NCBI GenBank assembly: GCA_004431415.1
Contig: QPMI01000432.1
Span: 1-64,000 of the forward strand
DNA length: 64,000 nucleotides
Source of the DNA: Cyanophora paradoxa CCMP329
Taxonomy: Eukaryota > Plantae > Glaucophyta
Reading direction: 5' to 3'
Shown here: piece by piece, positions 25,650 to 38,100 of the stretch
Layout: each line of letters begins with the position of its first letter
Numbering within the stretch: the first letter of the stretch is position 1
Translations under genes and position numbers: made by a program
Notes under the pieces: generated by a model
What the model saw: the letters and a program-made list of their open reading frames with translations, nothing else
Database searches by the model: none
Told to the model about the DNA's origin: nothing

Positions 25650-25981
25650 TAGTAGAGCAGGTCTCCTTTAATTTTGATTTCCTTCATGCCTGCGCATGCA
25701 GCTGTGCACCATGGCCATGCATATGCAGGTACCGGTGCACGTGGCATATGGCGCATGCGCAGGTGCAGGCCTACGTACGTACCCCCGGTATAGTATACTC
25801 CGGCGCCGCGGACGATTTGCAAATTGATCATCATGGCATGCATATGAGCGCGGGCCGATCGCGAGCTCGATCGCGAGTTGACTGCGGGCCGATATCGATC
25901 GCGAGTTGCTTATGCAAAATTAAGAGTGAAGTCGAGTTAATTCTTTAATTTTAATTTTAATTTTCAATTCGAAACGCCGCC

Positions 25982-25990
25982 AGCCAATCG
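25982..25990 (+). promoter_or_regulatory. Candidate CCAAT box (AGCCAATCG)
   Basis: Matches the NF-Y consensus RRCCAATSR about 210 nt upstream of ATG 26199. Confidence 0.35.
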
Positions 25991-26198
25991 GAACTTCGTT
26001 GGTCGAAAAACAAACGTGGGTTTGTTTTACTCGCATGAGCCTGATCGAAATCGGGTACCCTAAGTTGTGATTCAGTCGTACCCTCCCCACACATTTGCCT
26101 GGCGAGATCTTCTTTGAGCCGCATCTCGCTGGGCCGCGATCGCATCAGACGGCAAGCAGAAGTAGTTTCGCACTGTCCGGGCCGCCGAGCGCGCGGGA

Positions 26199-27186
26199 AT
26201 GGCTGAGCTTCAATACAAGATCGACTTCGCGTTCCGCCATCGGATGCTCTTGAAGGCCGAGGCCGAGAACGGGATCCCGGCCGGCACGACGCAGCTTCGC
26301 AATGCGCACGCCACCCCCATCAAGCCGCTGGCGTTGTTCCTCGCCGAGAAACGGGCGAAGAAGAGCCCCAGAGCCGTCAAAGCCTTCTCCGTCATCCAGA
26401 AAGTCATTGGGGCGATTAGGGCTACTGGCGGTGCTGTTTTTGTCATAAGCAAGCAACTCGAGACACGGTTTACGGTGCGCGGCGGCTGGGCGGGTGTGCA
26501 CACGCGTGCCAAGCTCACTCGCGCGCGCGCGCCATGCAGGTCACGCCCGAGCCGAAGCTCCTGGAGGGCGAGGAGATGGTCGTTCTGGTCCAGCGCCTGA
26601 AGGAGCCCTACAGCCTCGCACCCCCGCAGTCCATCGGTTCGTTTCCGTCAGCGCTCTCCAGCTCATGATCATCCACTTGCTGTACCGCTGCTGACTGTGC
26701 GTGCTCAGAGGAGGCATGCGCAGAGAAAGCCGATCCAGACCTTCTCAAGACTGATGCAGGCCCTGGTATGTCCGAGGAGAAGTGTGAGGGCGACCGTGGC
26801 CGGGACCATCTCGTCGTTCCTGCCGATGGACGTGTGACCGGGCACATCAACCGTACAAGCCAGGGAAACCGACCCTCAAAGGAATTCTTCTGCTACCGGT
26901 GCACTTGTTTACTCGAAGCCCTTTTGGCACTCGCAATCAATTGCCTGATCATGAACTTCAATGCTGCAGTCTGCTGCTTGCAGTGAAGAACCCATTGGGG
27001 AGCTACCGGCTTGTTGGCTGTGACTCGCGGGTGCTTGTCGTGGAGGCCATCTGGAAGTTCGATTTGGACAGCACTGGTAATCTCTCTTCATTCTTTGTGA
27101 TGCGTGTGGCTGCTCCAGCATTAGAACATTGGAACCCCTTCGATATATATCTAGATCTAGGGGGGGGGCCAGGGATGGTCAAGTGA
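26199..27186 (+). CDS. Hypothetical spliced protein at the edge of the repeat island (3' end uncertain)
   Basis: MAELQYKIDFAFRHRMLLKAEAENG..ETRFT, a GTGCGC..ATGCAG intron, VTPEPKLLEGEEMVVLVQRLKEPY, and further short GT-AG introns. Confidence 0.45.
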
Positions 27187-27479
27187 CCCTATGAAAAGTG
27201 CCTGCCACATCACTGGCTAGGTTCCCCCCTCCCCCCCTCCAATCCCCCCCCTCCAATCCTCCCGCCCTAGCACCCCCCCTCCCCCCCCCTCCTTTGTTGG
27301 AGGCCCTGTTCCTTTTCCTGGGCAACTGGATGTCTCTCTTGTCTCTGCTTGTCTCTGCTTGTTGTCTTATGCATATGTATTCTGTAGATCTGTGTCTTGT
27401 TTTCTTTCTTCGTAGCTTTCCTTCGATAAATCTGTCTGTCTGATACTGTGCTTGTTCTATCCAACCACATACACAGCTA

Positions 27480-28335
27480 GCTGCATGTGTAGTCTCAGGC
27501 CCTGCTGCTCTGGCCCATGTGCAGTCTCAGGCCCTGCAGCTCTGCTAGCTACGAGCCTGCCTCCGCCCATGCCTTCGAATTCAGGCCCCATTCTTTCTGA
27601 GCCCCACTAGTACTGGGCCATTCCTGGAGGCTCTGCTGCTCTGCTAATCAGGAAAATGTGCCCCTGTGTCGCTTGAGGCCCCTTCCTTTTTGAGCCCCAG
27701 GCCACTGGGCCGTTCCCTGTGGCCCATGTGCAGTCTCAGCTGCAGGCCTTGCTGCTCTGCTAGCCAGGAGCATGTGCCCTCTAGTGCCACTTGAGGCCCT
27801 TCCTTTTTGAGCCCCACTGGGCCGCTCCGAGTTCCCAGAGGCCCATGTGCAGTCTCAGCTGCAGGCCCTGTGCTCTGCTAGCCAGGAGCATGTCCCCCTG
27901 TGCCAAGCCCCACTGGGCGGTTTCTTCCGGAGGCCCATGTGTAGTCTCAGGCCCTGCAGCTCTGCTAGCTATGAGCCTGCCTCAGCCCATGCCTTCAGGC
28001 ACCATTCTTTCTGAGCCCCACTAGTACTGGCCATGGGCCATTCCTGGAGGCCCAAGTACGTGCAGTCTCAGCTGCAGGCCCTGCTACTCTGCAGCTGCTA
28101 GCCAGGAGCATGTGCCCTCTAGTGCCGCTTGAGGCCCTTTTTTTTCTGAGCCCCACTGGGCCATTTCTTCTGGACGCCCATGATCATGAGCAGTTCCAGC
28201 TGCAGGCCCTGGTAGCAGGCCCTGTGCTCTGCTAGCCAGGAGCATGTGCTGTCTACTGCGGCTTGAGGCCCCTCCCTTTCTGAGTCCCACTGGGCTATTC
28301 CTCCTTCCAACTACAGGCCCTGCTACTCTGGCCCT
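27480..28335. repeat. Degenerate minisatellite, roughly 120-bp units
   Basis: Recurrent blocks GAGCCCCACTGGGCC, GGCCCATGTGCAGTCTCAGCTGCAGGCCCTG and CTCTGCTAGCCAGGAGCATGTG. Confidence 0.85.
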
Positions 28336-28499
28336 GGCCTTCTAGATTGCTCCCCTTTTTCAGTGCCCTGTGTTTTCTTCCTATTTTCCATCTCCAAAGG
28401 CCGCTAGCCACTAGCTGCTTAATTTGTCCCCGTCTTCGTTCTCTTTTTTTGACTCTAGATCCTCTCCGTGAGTGTAAGCCTCCTCGTGACTGTATCCTT

Positions 28500-29879
28500 T
28501 ACAGAAGAGGCTCTCTGGCAGAACCACGAGCTTCAGGCTTTGAACCCACAGCTGCAGAGCCAGCTGGCTTTGGGTGCCTTTCCTTCCCTCACCATCCACT
28601 TTTATGCAAACGTTTTTACCACTTACATTGTGTTTTTTCAGAATTCGAAGTCCAACAGGGAGTCAACATTGACCCAGCTGCAGGTCAAGGTAGGGGCCTT
28701 TCTTCGTCTTTGAATTTCTGCTCCGGAAAGGGATCTGATCACATCCCATCGTTCATATGCATCAGATGACGATAATGCACATGGCGACCAGGGCAGGGAT
28801 GTGCCTTCAGTAGTGCCCCTTGGTGCACACACTTCTTGCTTGAGCACACCTGTGATTGCGGCTGACAGCATTTAACATGCACTTTAATCTAGATGATGTC
28901 TCTGATGAAGACTCGAGTGAGGGCATGGTGCCAGCAGATATTGACAGTCTGAGTACAGGTAATCATGCCTCCTACAGATATATAGCTCTCTACTGTGTTG
29001 TTGATATGTCTCTATCAGGGACACACTCGAGGACTCAGAGCAATTCGAAGACCACCAACAAGTATTTACTAATGACAAGGAACCGGTGAAATCATGCCAC
29101 TTTGCACAACTTCAAATTGCATCAGCCATTTACTGCTCCAACAGTATGAACAGTATGCTCCAGCTCCCTTGCCTCTCTTGTCAGGACCTCAGAAACGCAA
29201 GTATAGCCCTGACAACTCCATGCCTCAAGATTTTGATTCAACTGTTCAAGCTTCCGGTGCACGTGCATTCATGGCCAATCACTTGTCAAGCCATGATCTA
29301 ACTCTGTCATCTCTATGTCAGGGGTTCAATTTCAGCTCGATGAAGACAACACATACATCTTCAAGAACAAGCTTGCCCGCCTCGGCCCGGAGCTTCCTCT
29401 GCTGGGGAACCCTAATTTAACATCCTTGAACAGTACTGCTGACATTAACACACAAGTTCACAAGCAAGGTGGGTCGTTTTTATAAGAGTGGCGATTCTGT
29501 GTGATAATTGTGTTGGAATTTGCTCAGTTGAAGTGCATCCCACCACGCAAGTGGACGAATCCAGGCTGGACAACCCAGATATTGAGCTCAACATAGTTCC
29601 AGGCCTTGAGAGCCTCCAGCTCCAGGGTGAGGTTTGAAATTTCTTGTAGAGAAATAAATTAACCTTGACTTTTTCATGTAATGCAGCTGGATGTGTTCTT
29701 GAGGACCTTCATCCAGGGCACGTTCTCGAGCTTAATCAAGCCCCTGTTGGAAGCGCTTTATATGGCTCTTTGAATGCTGCCTCGGGCAACCACAAGTCTC
29801 TCCCAGGCTACAAGGAACTTCAGAGGTTGATAGATTTGAAGATCTTCACTCTGTAGTGAACAGTCAGGACTGGAGCTAA
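28500..29879 (+). pseudogene. Possible decayed spliced gene of unknown function; 3' part duplicated at 32265-32796
   Basis: Short acidic exons bounded by GT..AG (EFEVQQGVNIDPAAGQ; DDVSDEDSSEG; AGCVLEDLHPGHVLE..), with stops and frameshifts. Confidence 0.3.
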
Positions 29880-32800
29880 GAATCCTGAGTAGATTCGAGA
29901 ACCCTGAGAAGATTCAAAGAATTCAATCCATGCATGTGAAATGCAATGTAAATAAATACTCATACCTGAAAGATCTGCCCTTGGCGCACGTATACGCACC
30001 TAGGCCGGGTTCGAGCTCTATAGCTATGCATCCTCCTGGGAGGGTCCCTGGCTTGCCCTGCACGTCCCTTTTGGAGCCTCTGCGGCACTCTTATACACTG
30101 TCCTTCTCCTTTTGTCAAACCCGTACAGCTGGCTTGGAAGAAGAAGAGTCTGGTTGGTTCGCTGTCGATTGTGCTTTGGGCCTTTGGGTCCTTCGCCTTT
30201 TGTCAAAACCGCACAACCGGCTTGGGCGTGTCTTATACATACTCTTCTTCTTCTGTCTTCAAGCCCGTCTTGGAAGATGGCATAAGGGCAGTTGTGCTTT
30301 ATAATTAGGGTCCATTGCAAACGTATCAGCAGCTTCAGTGCGACCTGCTCGATAGGCCAGACAGTTTGAGCGGAAGATGACATGCAGTCCAAGAATCGGA
30401 AGAGGCCAGACAGTACAGCTAATAGAGAGAGAGATGAAGCAAAAGACACGCCCGTGGACCAGGGTGACAAGGTATAGCAGCCCCCCAGTACAGCTAGCTT
30501 GGGCGTGTGTTATACATACTCTTCTTCTTCTCACATTGATCCTACTTTCAGATGCAGTGCTCAATGCGCTCCCTTCTTGAGCTTGTTCCTAAGAATCATG
30601 TAGTATGCCAGCAAATCAGTCAGGATCATACTGCATTTCTCTCTCTCTCTCAGGATCATATCAAATCTCATTCAACTCGTGCTCTTGATCACCTTAAGGC
30701 TGCTTCTGTTCTTTTGGTGCACCCCCCTTCTGTGCCTGGGGCCTTCGGGTCCTTCGCCTTTCGTCAAAACCGTTGGGTGCAAAGGTGAGAAAGCCACAAG
30801 AGCAGACCAAGCAGAAGCGTACGCCCTGCACATGTCATGATAAGCACTGCACATGAACGGAGCATAGCTGGCGCTGCGTGTACGAGGCAGGAGCAGAATA
30901 CGGCCAACGCCAGTGGCGGGAGACCAGCGGGTGCGGCTGCCGGGATCGGAAATTCAGCAAGCGTGAAGAGTCTTGTGCCCGAAGACAGATTCGTCAGAGA
31001 GAAGCGTCCGAAGGCAGACGACAACCAAACGGCGACAAGGAAAGTGACAAGGCGCCCGCCGGGCATAACGAAGAAGCAGGCGGATGCATATGGCACGAAG
31101 CAGGTGCATAAAGGTGTGCCGACGTCCGCAGAAGGTGCGCCATCAGACGCCTGGGGCGCGGGAGCACGCCTGGGAGGCATGAGGATTGTACGCACTGCGC
31201 AGGAGATGGATGAGCTACAAGAGCAGCTGAAGGACAAAAGCAATAACATGACATGGGCGAGACGCTAAGGGACAGTCGACGGAAGTGGCGGGAAACCAAT
31301 GGGCACGGTCGCCGCTATCAGAGATTGTGCCCGAAGGCAGATGGACAACAAGCGTATTGTGCCCGAAGGCAGATTGACAACAAGGAAGCGCCCGCAGGCA
31401 GAGAACAACCGATAGGTGGTGGAGATTCGAATGTGGTGGCCGCAAAGCAGGGCAGTAGTAGAGAATGATGCATAGAACACGAACCAGGTGCATTTAGGTG
31501 CGTCGAAGGCAGAGAATCCTCGCTAGAAGGGCGCCCGTCGGCAGGGGGGTACCAATGACCTCTAATTACCAATACGACGGTATTGAAGAGGTGGCTCTTG
31601 ACAAATTGAAGCTAGAAGGGAAGTGAGTGAAACAGCATACAGGACCCTGTACCACCAGTCCTAGGGGGCCAGCAGGATAAAGAGCACACTATATGCAAAG
31701 GTTGATTGATGTGTTCAGGCCCAGGATAGAATTTCACTGTAGCATGGGTTTTTGGGCAGGTGTATGCCCAAAACATCACAGCATGTCAAATGGTTGATAC
31801 AAAGAAGATAAATATGTATGGTTGATACACATATGATCATGTTGAGTATGCATCCTCTATGCATCCAAAATTTCTAACTATAAACTAATTATACAACCTG
31901 CTTCCTTACAGGCCAGACAGGGTTTGAAGGAAGAAAAGTGGACAAAGAAGCGCTGATTGTGCCTTGGGCCTTCGGGTTCTTCGCCTTTCGTCAAAACCGC
32001 ACAACCGGCTTGGGCGTGTCTTATACCTACTCTTCTTCTTCTTCGTATAATAGGATCTGTCTGCAGACTGAGAAATGGTTGGAAGACAAAATAACAATGA
32101 GGCTGATTATATAGCTGATGGCTGATGAGTGAACCAGGCAGACAAGGGTAGTAAAAAAAGAGAATGCAGTAGATACATCCACATCAGCAGGACTGGTCAT
32201 GGGTATGACAAAGCCGCAGAGGCCTGCGGCCGGAATGGGGCATCGGCCAAGCCAGCCGAACGGTACACATACATCTTCAAGAACAAGCTTGCCCGCCTCG
32301 GCCCGGAGCTTCCTCTGCTGGGGAACCCTAATTTAACATCCTTGAACAGTACTGCTGACATTAACACACAAGTTCACAAGCAAGGTGGGTCGTTTTTATA
32401 AGAGTGGCGATTCTGTGTGATAATTGTGTTGGAATTTGCTCAGTTGAAGTGCATCCCACCACGCAAGTGGACGAATCCAGGCTGGACAACCCAGATATTG
32501 AGCTCAACATAGTTCCAGGCCTTGAGAGCCTCCAGCTCCAGGGTGAGGTTTGAAATTTCTTGTAGAGAAATAAATTAACCTTGACTTTTTCATGTAATGC
32601 AGCTGGATGTGTTCTTGAGGACCTTCATCCAGGGCACGTTCTCGAGCTTAATCAAGCCCCTGTTGGAAGCGCTTTATATGGCTCTTTGAATGCTGCCTCG
32701 GGCAACCACAAGTCTCTCCCAGGCTACAAGGAACTTCAAGAGGTTGATAGATTTGAAGATCTTCACTCTGTAGTGAACAGTCAGGACTGGAGCTAAGAAT

Positions 32801-34890
32801 CCTGAGTAGATTCGAGAACCCTGAGAAGATTCAAAGAATTCAATCCATGCATGTGAAATGCAATGTAAATAAATACTCATACCTGAAAGATCTGCCCTTG
32901 GCGCACGTATACGCACCTAGGCCGGGTTCGAGCTCTATAGCTATGCATCCTCCTGGGAGGGTCCCTGGCTTGCCCTGCACGTCCCTTTTGGAGCCTCTGC
33001 GGCACTCTTATACACTGTCCTTCTCCTTTTGTCAAACCCGTACAGCTGGCTTGGAAGAAGAAGAGTCTGGTTGGTTCGCTGTCGATTGTGCTTTGGGCCT
33101 TTGGGTCCTTCGCCTTTTGTCAAAACCGCACAACCGGCTTGGGCGTGTCTTATACATACTCTTCTTCTTCTGTCTTCAAGCCCGTCTTGGAAGATGGCAT
33201 AAGGGCAGTTGTGCTTTATAATTAGGGTCCATTGCAAACGTATCAGCAGCTTCAGTGCGACCTGCTCGATAGGCCAGACAGTTTGAGCGGAAGATGACAT
33301 GCAGTCCAAGAATCGGAAGAGGCCAGACAGTACAGCTAATAGAGAGAGAGATGAAGCAAAAGACACGCCCGTGGACCAGGGTGACAAGGTATAGCAGCCC
33401 CCCAGTACAGCTAGCTTGGGCGTGTGTTATACATACTCTTCTTCTTCTCACATTGATCCTACTTTCAGATGCAGTGCTCAATGCGCTCCCTTCTTGAGCT
33501 TGTTCCTAAGAATCATGTAGTATGCCAGCAAATCAGTCAGGATCATACTGCATTTCTCTCTCTCTCTCAGGATCATATCAAATCTCATTCAACTCGTGCT
33601 CTTGATCACCTTAAGGCTGCTTCTGTTCTTTTGGTGCACCCCCCTTCTGTGCCTGGGGCCTTCGGGTCCTTCGCCTTTCGTCAAAACCGTTGGGTGCAAA
33701 GGTGAGAAAGCCACAAGAGCAGACCAAGCAGAAGCGTACGCCCTGCACATGTCATGATAAGCACTGCACATGAACGGAGCATAGCTGGCGCTGCGTGTAC
33801 GAGGCAGGAGCAGAATACGGCCAACGCCAGTGGCGGGAGACCAGCGGGTGCGGCTGCCGGGATCGGAAATTCAGCAAGCGTGAAGAGTCTTGTGCCCGAA
33901 GACAGATTCGTCAGAGAGAAGCGTCCGAAGGCAGACGACAACCAAACGGCGACAAGGAAAGTGACAAGGCGCCCGCCGGGCATAACGAAGAAGCAGGCGG
34001 ATGCATATGGCACGAAGCAGGTGCATAAAGGTGTGCCGACGTCCGCAGAAGGTGCGCCATCAGACGCCTGGGGCGCGGGAGCACGCCTGGGAGGCATGAG
34101 GATTGTACGCACTGCGCAGGAGATGGATGAGCTACAAGAGCAGCTGAAGGACAAAAGCAATAACATGACATGGGCGAGACGCTAAGGGACAGTCGACGGA
34201 AGTGGCGGGAAACCAATGGGCACGGTCGCCGCTATCAGAGATTGTGCCCGAAGGCAGATGGACAACAAGCGTATTGTGCCCGAAGGCAGATTGACAACAA
34301 GGAAGCGCCCGCAGGCAGAGAACAACCGATAGGTGGTGGAGATTCGAATGTGGTGGCCGCAAAGCAGGGCAGTAGTAGAGAATGATGCATAGAACACGAA
34401 CCAGGTGCATTTAGGTGCGTCGAAGGCAGAGAATCCTCGCTAGAAGGGCGCCCGTCGGCAGGGGGGTACCAATGACCTCTAATTACCAATACGACGGTAT
34501 TGAAGAGGTGGCTCTTGACAAATTGAAGCTAGAAGGGAAGTGAGTGAAACAGCATACAGGACCCTGTACCACCAGTCCTAGGGGGCCAGCAGGATAAAGA
34601 GCACACTATATGCAAAGGTTGATTGATGTGTTCAGGCCCAGGATAGAATTTCACTGTAGCATGGGTTTTTGGGCAGGTGTATGCCCAAAACATCACAGCA
34701 TGTCAAATGGTTGATACAAAGAAGATAAATATGTATGGTTGATACACATATGATCATGTTGAGTATGCATCCTCTATGCATCCAAAATTTCTAACTATAA
34801 ACTAATTATACAACCTGCTTCCTTACAGGCCAGACAGGGTTTGAAGGAAGAAAAGTGGACAAAGAAGCGCTGATTGTGCCTTGGGCCTTC
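29349..34890 (+). repeat. Near-identical direct duplication: 29349-31973 and 32265-34890, with a 291-bp linker
   Basis: Identical ORF sets offset by 2916-2917 nt (e.g. 29930 vs 32847, 30837 vs 33754). One 1-nt indel is visible. Confidence 0.95.
30040..30775. mobile_element. Mosaic of short LINE 3'-end fragments (families A and B, both orientations); second copy at about 32957-33692
   Basis: LINE-A ends ..GGGCGTGTCTTATACATACTCTTCTTC at 30150-30252 and 30487-30530. Inverted LINE-A internal piece at 30256-30400. Inverted LINE-B end at 30423-30485. Confidence 0.8.
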
Positions 34891-35132
34891 TGGTTCTTTG
34901 CCTTTTGTCAAAACCGTTCGGCTGGCTTGGCCGATGCCCCATTCCGGCCGCAGGCCTCTGCGGCTTTGTCATACCCATGACCAGTCCTGCTGATGTGGAT
35001 GTATCTACTGCATTCTCTTTTTTTACTACCCTTGTCTGCCTGGTTCACTCATCAGCCATCAGCTATATAATCAGCCTCATTGTTATTTTGTCTTCCAACC
35101 ATTTCTCAGTCTGCAGACAGATCCTATTATAC

Positions 35133-38100
35133 GAAGAAGAAGAAGAGTAGGTATAAGACACGCCCAAGCCGGTTGTGCGGTTTTGACGAAAGGCGAAGAA
35201 CCCGAAGGCCCAAAGCACAATCGACAGTGAACCAACCAGACAAAGGTAGTGGCGGCGCAAACGCCTTACGGTCTACCGTGTATGCCCCGGCGGTCCGGCG
35301 CTCATACACGCAGACACGGAAAGCAACCACAGACATCCCAATGCGGGCCTCTTCCTAATGCCGGCCTGGGGGAGTCCTGGTCACGACCTCACGTAAGAAA
35401 CCTTCAGCCATCAGTCATGTCATCAGACTCTTCGTCAGTGATAAGGACCATTGGGGAACCTGGGTCATCAGCGAGACCCATAGATGCGGCGGATGGGAGA
35501 GCTGGAGGAGGTGAGGGCCGCAAACGTTTGAAAGAAACCTGAGGTAGGACACCAGCTGCAGGAACGTTGTCACCATGATCCAGAGCACCAGGGTCTGGAG
35601 AAGACACTCGACGCCGCTTAGACGGGGCAATAGAAGGAGAAAGAGGATCAGTATCCATGGGCATCATAGGCGCAGAAGAAGGCAGAGGGGCAGAAGAGGG
35701 AGGAGCTAGGGAAGCAATGACAGCATGACTCGCGAAGTCGGGCTCAACATCAACAGCGTTAATCCGGATAGGAGAGATCGGCAGCATATCAGGGGCAAGC
35801 TCAGTGTCATCCACGTAGATGATAACTTGAGGAGAGGGCGGAGGTGAACCTGTATCATCGATAACAGCATCAAGACCGAATGCTGAAGCACCAACACGAC
35901 GGCGTTGAAGAGGCGGCTCATCCTCTGAGTCAATATCCGGAGGCGGGTGAGGTGGCAACGGGTGAGGGGGTGAGTGAGCCACAGGACCAGGGTCAGGGGC
36001 AGGGTCGGGTCCCCCAGGGGGGTCGTCATCATCGGATGAGGTACTACTGGAGGAATCATCAGGATCATCAGGGCCAAGGTCGGAAAGGTCAGAGGAGTCT
36101 GAGCTGTTGTCAGGAGGGGACATATAGCCTTCAAGATCCTCCTTTTCAAGACGCTGCAGTAAGACAGGCCGCGCACTGGCATAAGGAAACTGAGCCACAA
36201 GGGGGCTAGGGGCTAGATCGGGGCTAGGGGCCGGCTGATCAAAGGAACGGTCAAAAGCACGGGAAGCGTCTAAGAGATTAGCGTAGAATGAAGAATGAGA
36301 GGGGTCAGCAGTAGAGATGAAACGGAAATACCCACGGACATAGGTGACTTTAAATCGAGGTAAACGACGAGGAAGCATGTCCATAAAATCGTCCAGTTCA
36401 CGGAACAAGGCAGTCATCAGAGTAGCAGTTTTCAAGCCCGTCTTGGAGGAAGGTATAAGGGGCAGCTGGGTGTTAGGGTCCATTGCAAATGTAGCAGCAG
36501 CTTCAGTGCGACCTGCTCGATAGGCCAGACAGTACGAGCGGAAAATGATGTGCAATCCAAGAATCCGAACAACCTGCCACTCCCAGTTCTGCAAGAACAT
36601 CCAGCTGGCAGCGAAACGGACCGAGCCAGTAAGCAACCAGGCAACGAAGCGAGCGGAAGGAATGGGCATCGGCTGGAGCTGCAGGGCATGGAAGATGAGC
36701 GACCAGAACTGCTGCACAACAGGGCAGAGAACGAAAACGTGCAACGCATTGCAAAGAAGAAGAAGAGTATGTATAAGACACGCCCAAGCCGGTTGTGCGG
36801 TTTTGACGAAAGGCGAAGGACCCAAAGGCCCGAAGCACAATCGACAGTGAACCAACCAGACAAGGGTAGTGGCGGCGCAAACGCCTTACGGTCTGCCATG
36901 TATGCCCCGGCGGTCCGGCGCTCATACACGCAGACACGGAAAGCAACCACAGACATCCCAATGCGGGCCTCTTCCTAATGCCGGCCTGGGGGAGTCCTGG
37001 TCACGACCTCACGTGTGAAACCTTCAGCCATCAGTCATGTCATCAGCCTCTTCGTCAGAGATAAGCACCATTGGGGAACCTGGGTCATCAGCAAGATCCA
37101 TAGGGGCAGCGGATGGGAGAGTTGGGGGAGGTGAAGGCCGCAAGCGTTTGAAAGAAACCTGAGGTGGGACACCAGGAATGTTATCACCATGATCCAGAGC
37201 ACCAGGGTCTGGAGAAGACACTCGACGACGCTTAGGCGGGACAATAGAAGGAGAAAGAGGATCAGTATCCATGGGCGTCATAGGCGCAGAAGACGGCAGA
37301 GGGGCAGAAGAGGGAGGAGCTGGGGAAGCAATGACAGCATGACTTGTGAAGTCGGGCTCAACATCAACAGCGTCGATTCGGATAGGAGAGATCGGCAGCA
37401 GATCAGGGGCAAGCTCAGTGTCATCCACATAGATGATAACTTGAGGAGAGGGCGGAGGTGAACCTGTATCATCTATAGCAGCATCAAGACCAAACGCTGA
37501 AGCACCAACACGACGGCGTTGAAGAGGCGGCTCATCCTCCAAGTCAATATCGGGCGGCGGGTGAGGTGGCAGCGGGTGAGGGGGTGAGTGAGCCACAGGA
37601 CCAGGGTCAGGGGCAGGGTCGGGTCCCCCAGGGGGGTCGTCATCATCCGATGAGGTACTACTGGAGGAATCACCAGGATCATCAGGGCCAAGGTCGGAAA
37701 GGTCAGAGGAGTCTGAGCCGTTGTCAGGAGGGGACATATAGCCTTCAAGATCCTCCTTTTCAAGACGCTGCAGCAGGACAGGCCGCGCACTGGCATAAGG
37801 AAACTGTGCCACAAGGGGGCTAGGGGCTAGATCGGGGCTAGGGGCAGGCTGAGCAATGTGTTCACAGTGCTCATAAGAGGCTAGGGAATGGTCATAAGTA
37901 CGAGCAGCGTCTAAAAGATTAGCGTAGAATGAAGAATGAGAGGGGTCAGCAGTAGAGATGAAACGGAAATACCCACGGACATAGGTGACTTTAAATCGAG
38001 GTAAACGGCGAGGAAGCATGTCCATGAAATCGTCCAGTTCGCGGAACAAGGCAGTCATCAGAGTAGCGGCCTTCAAGCCCGTCTTGGAGGAAGGTGTAAG

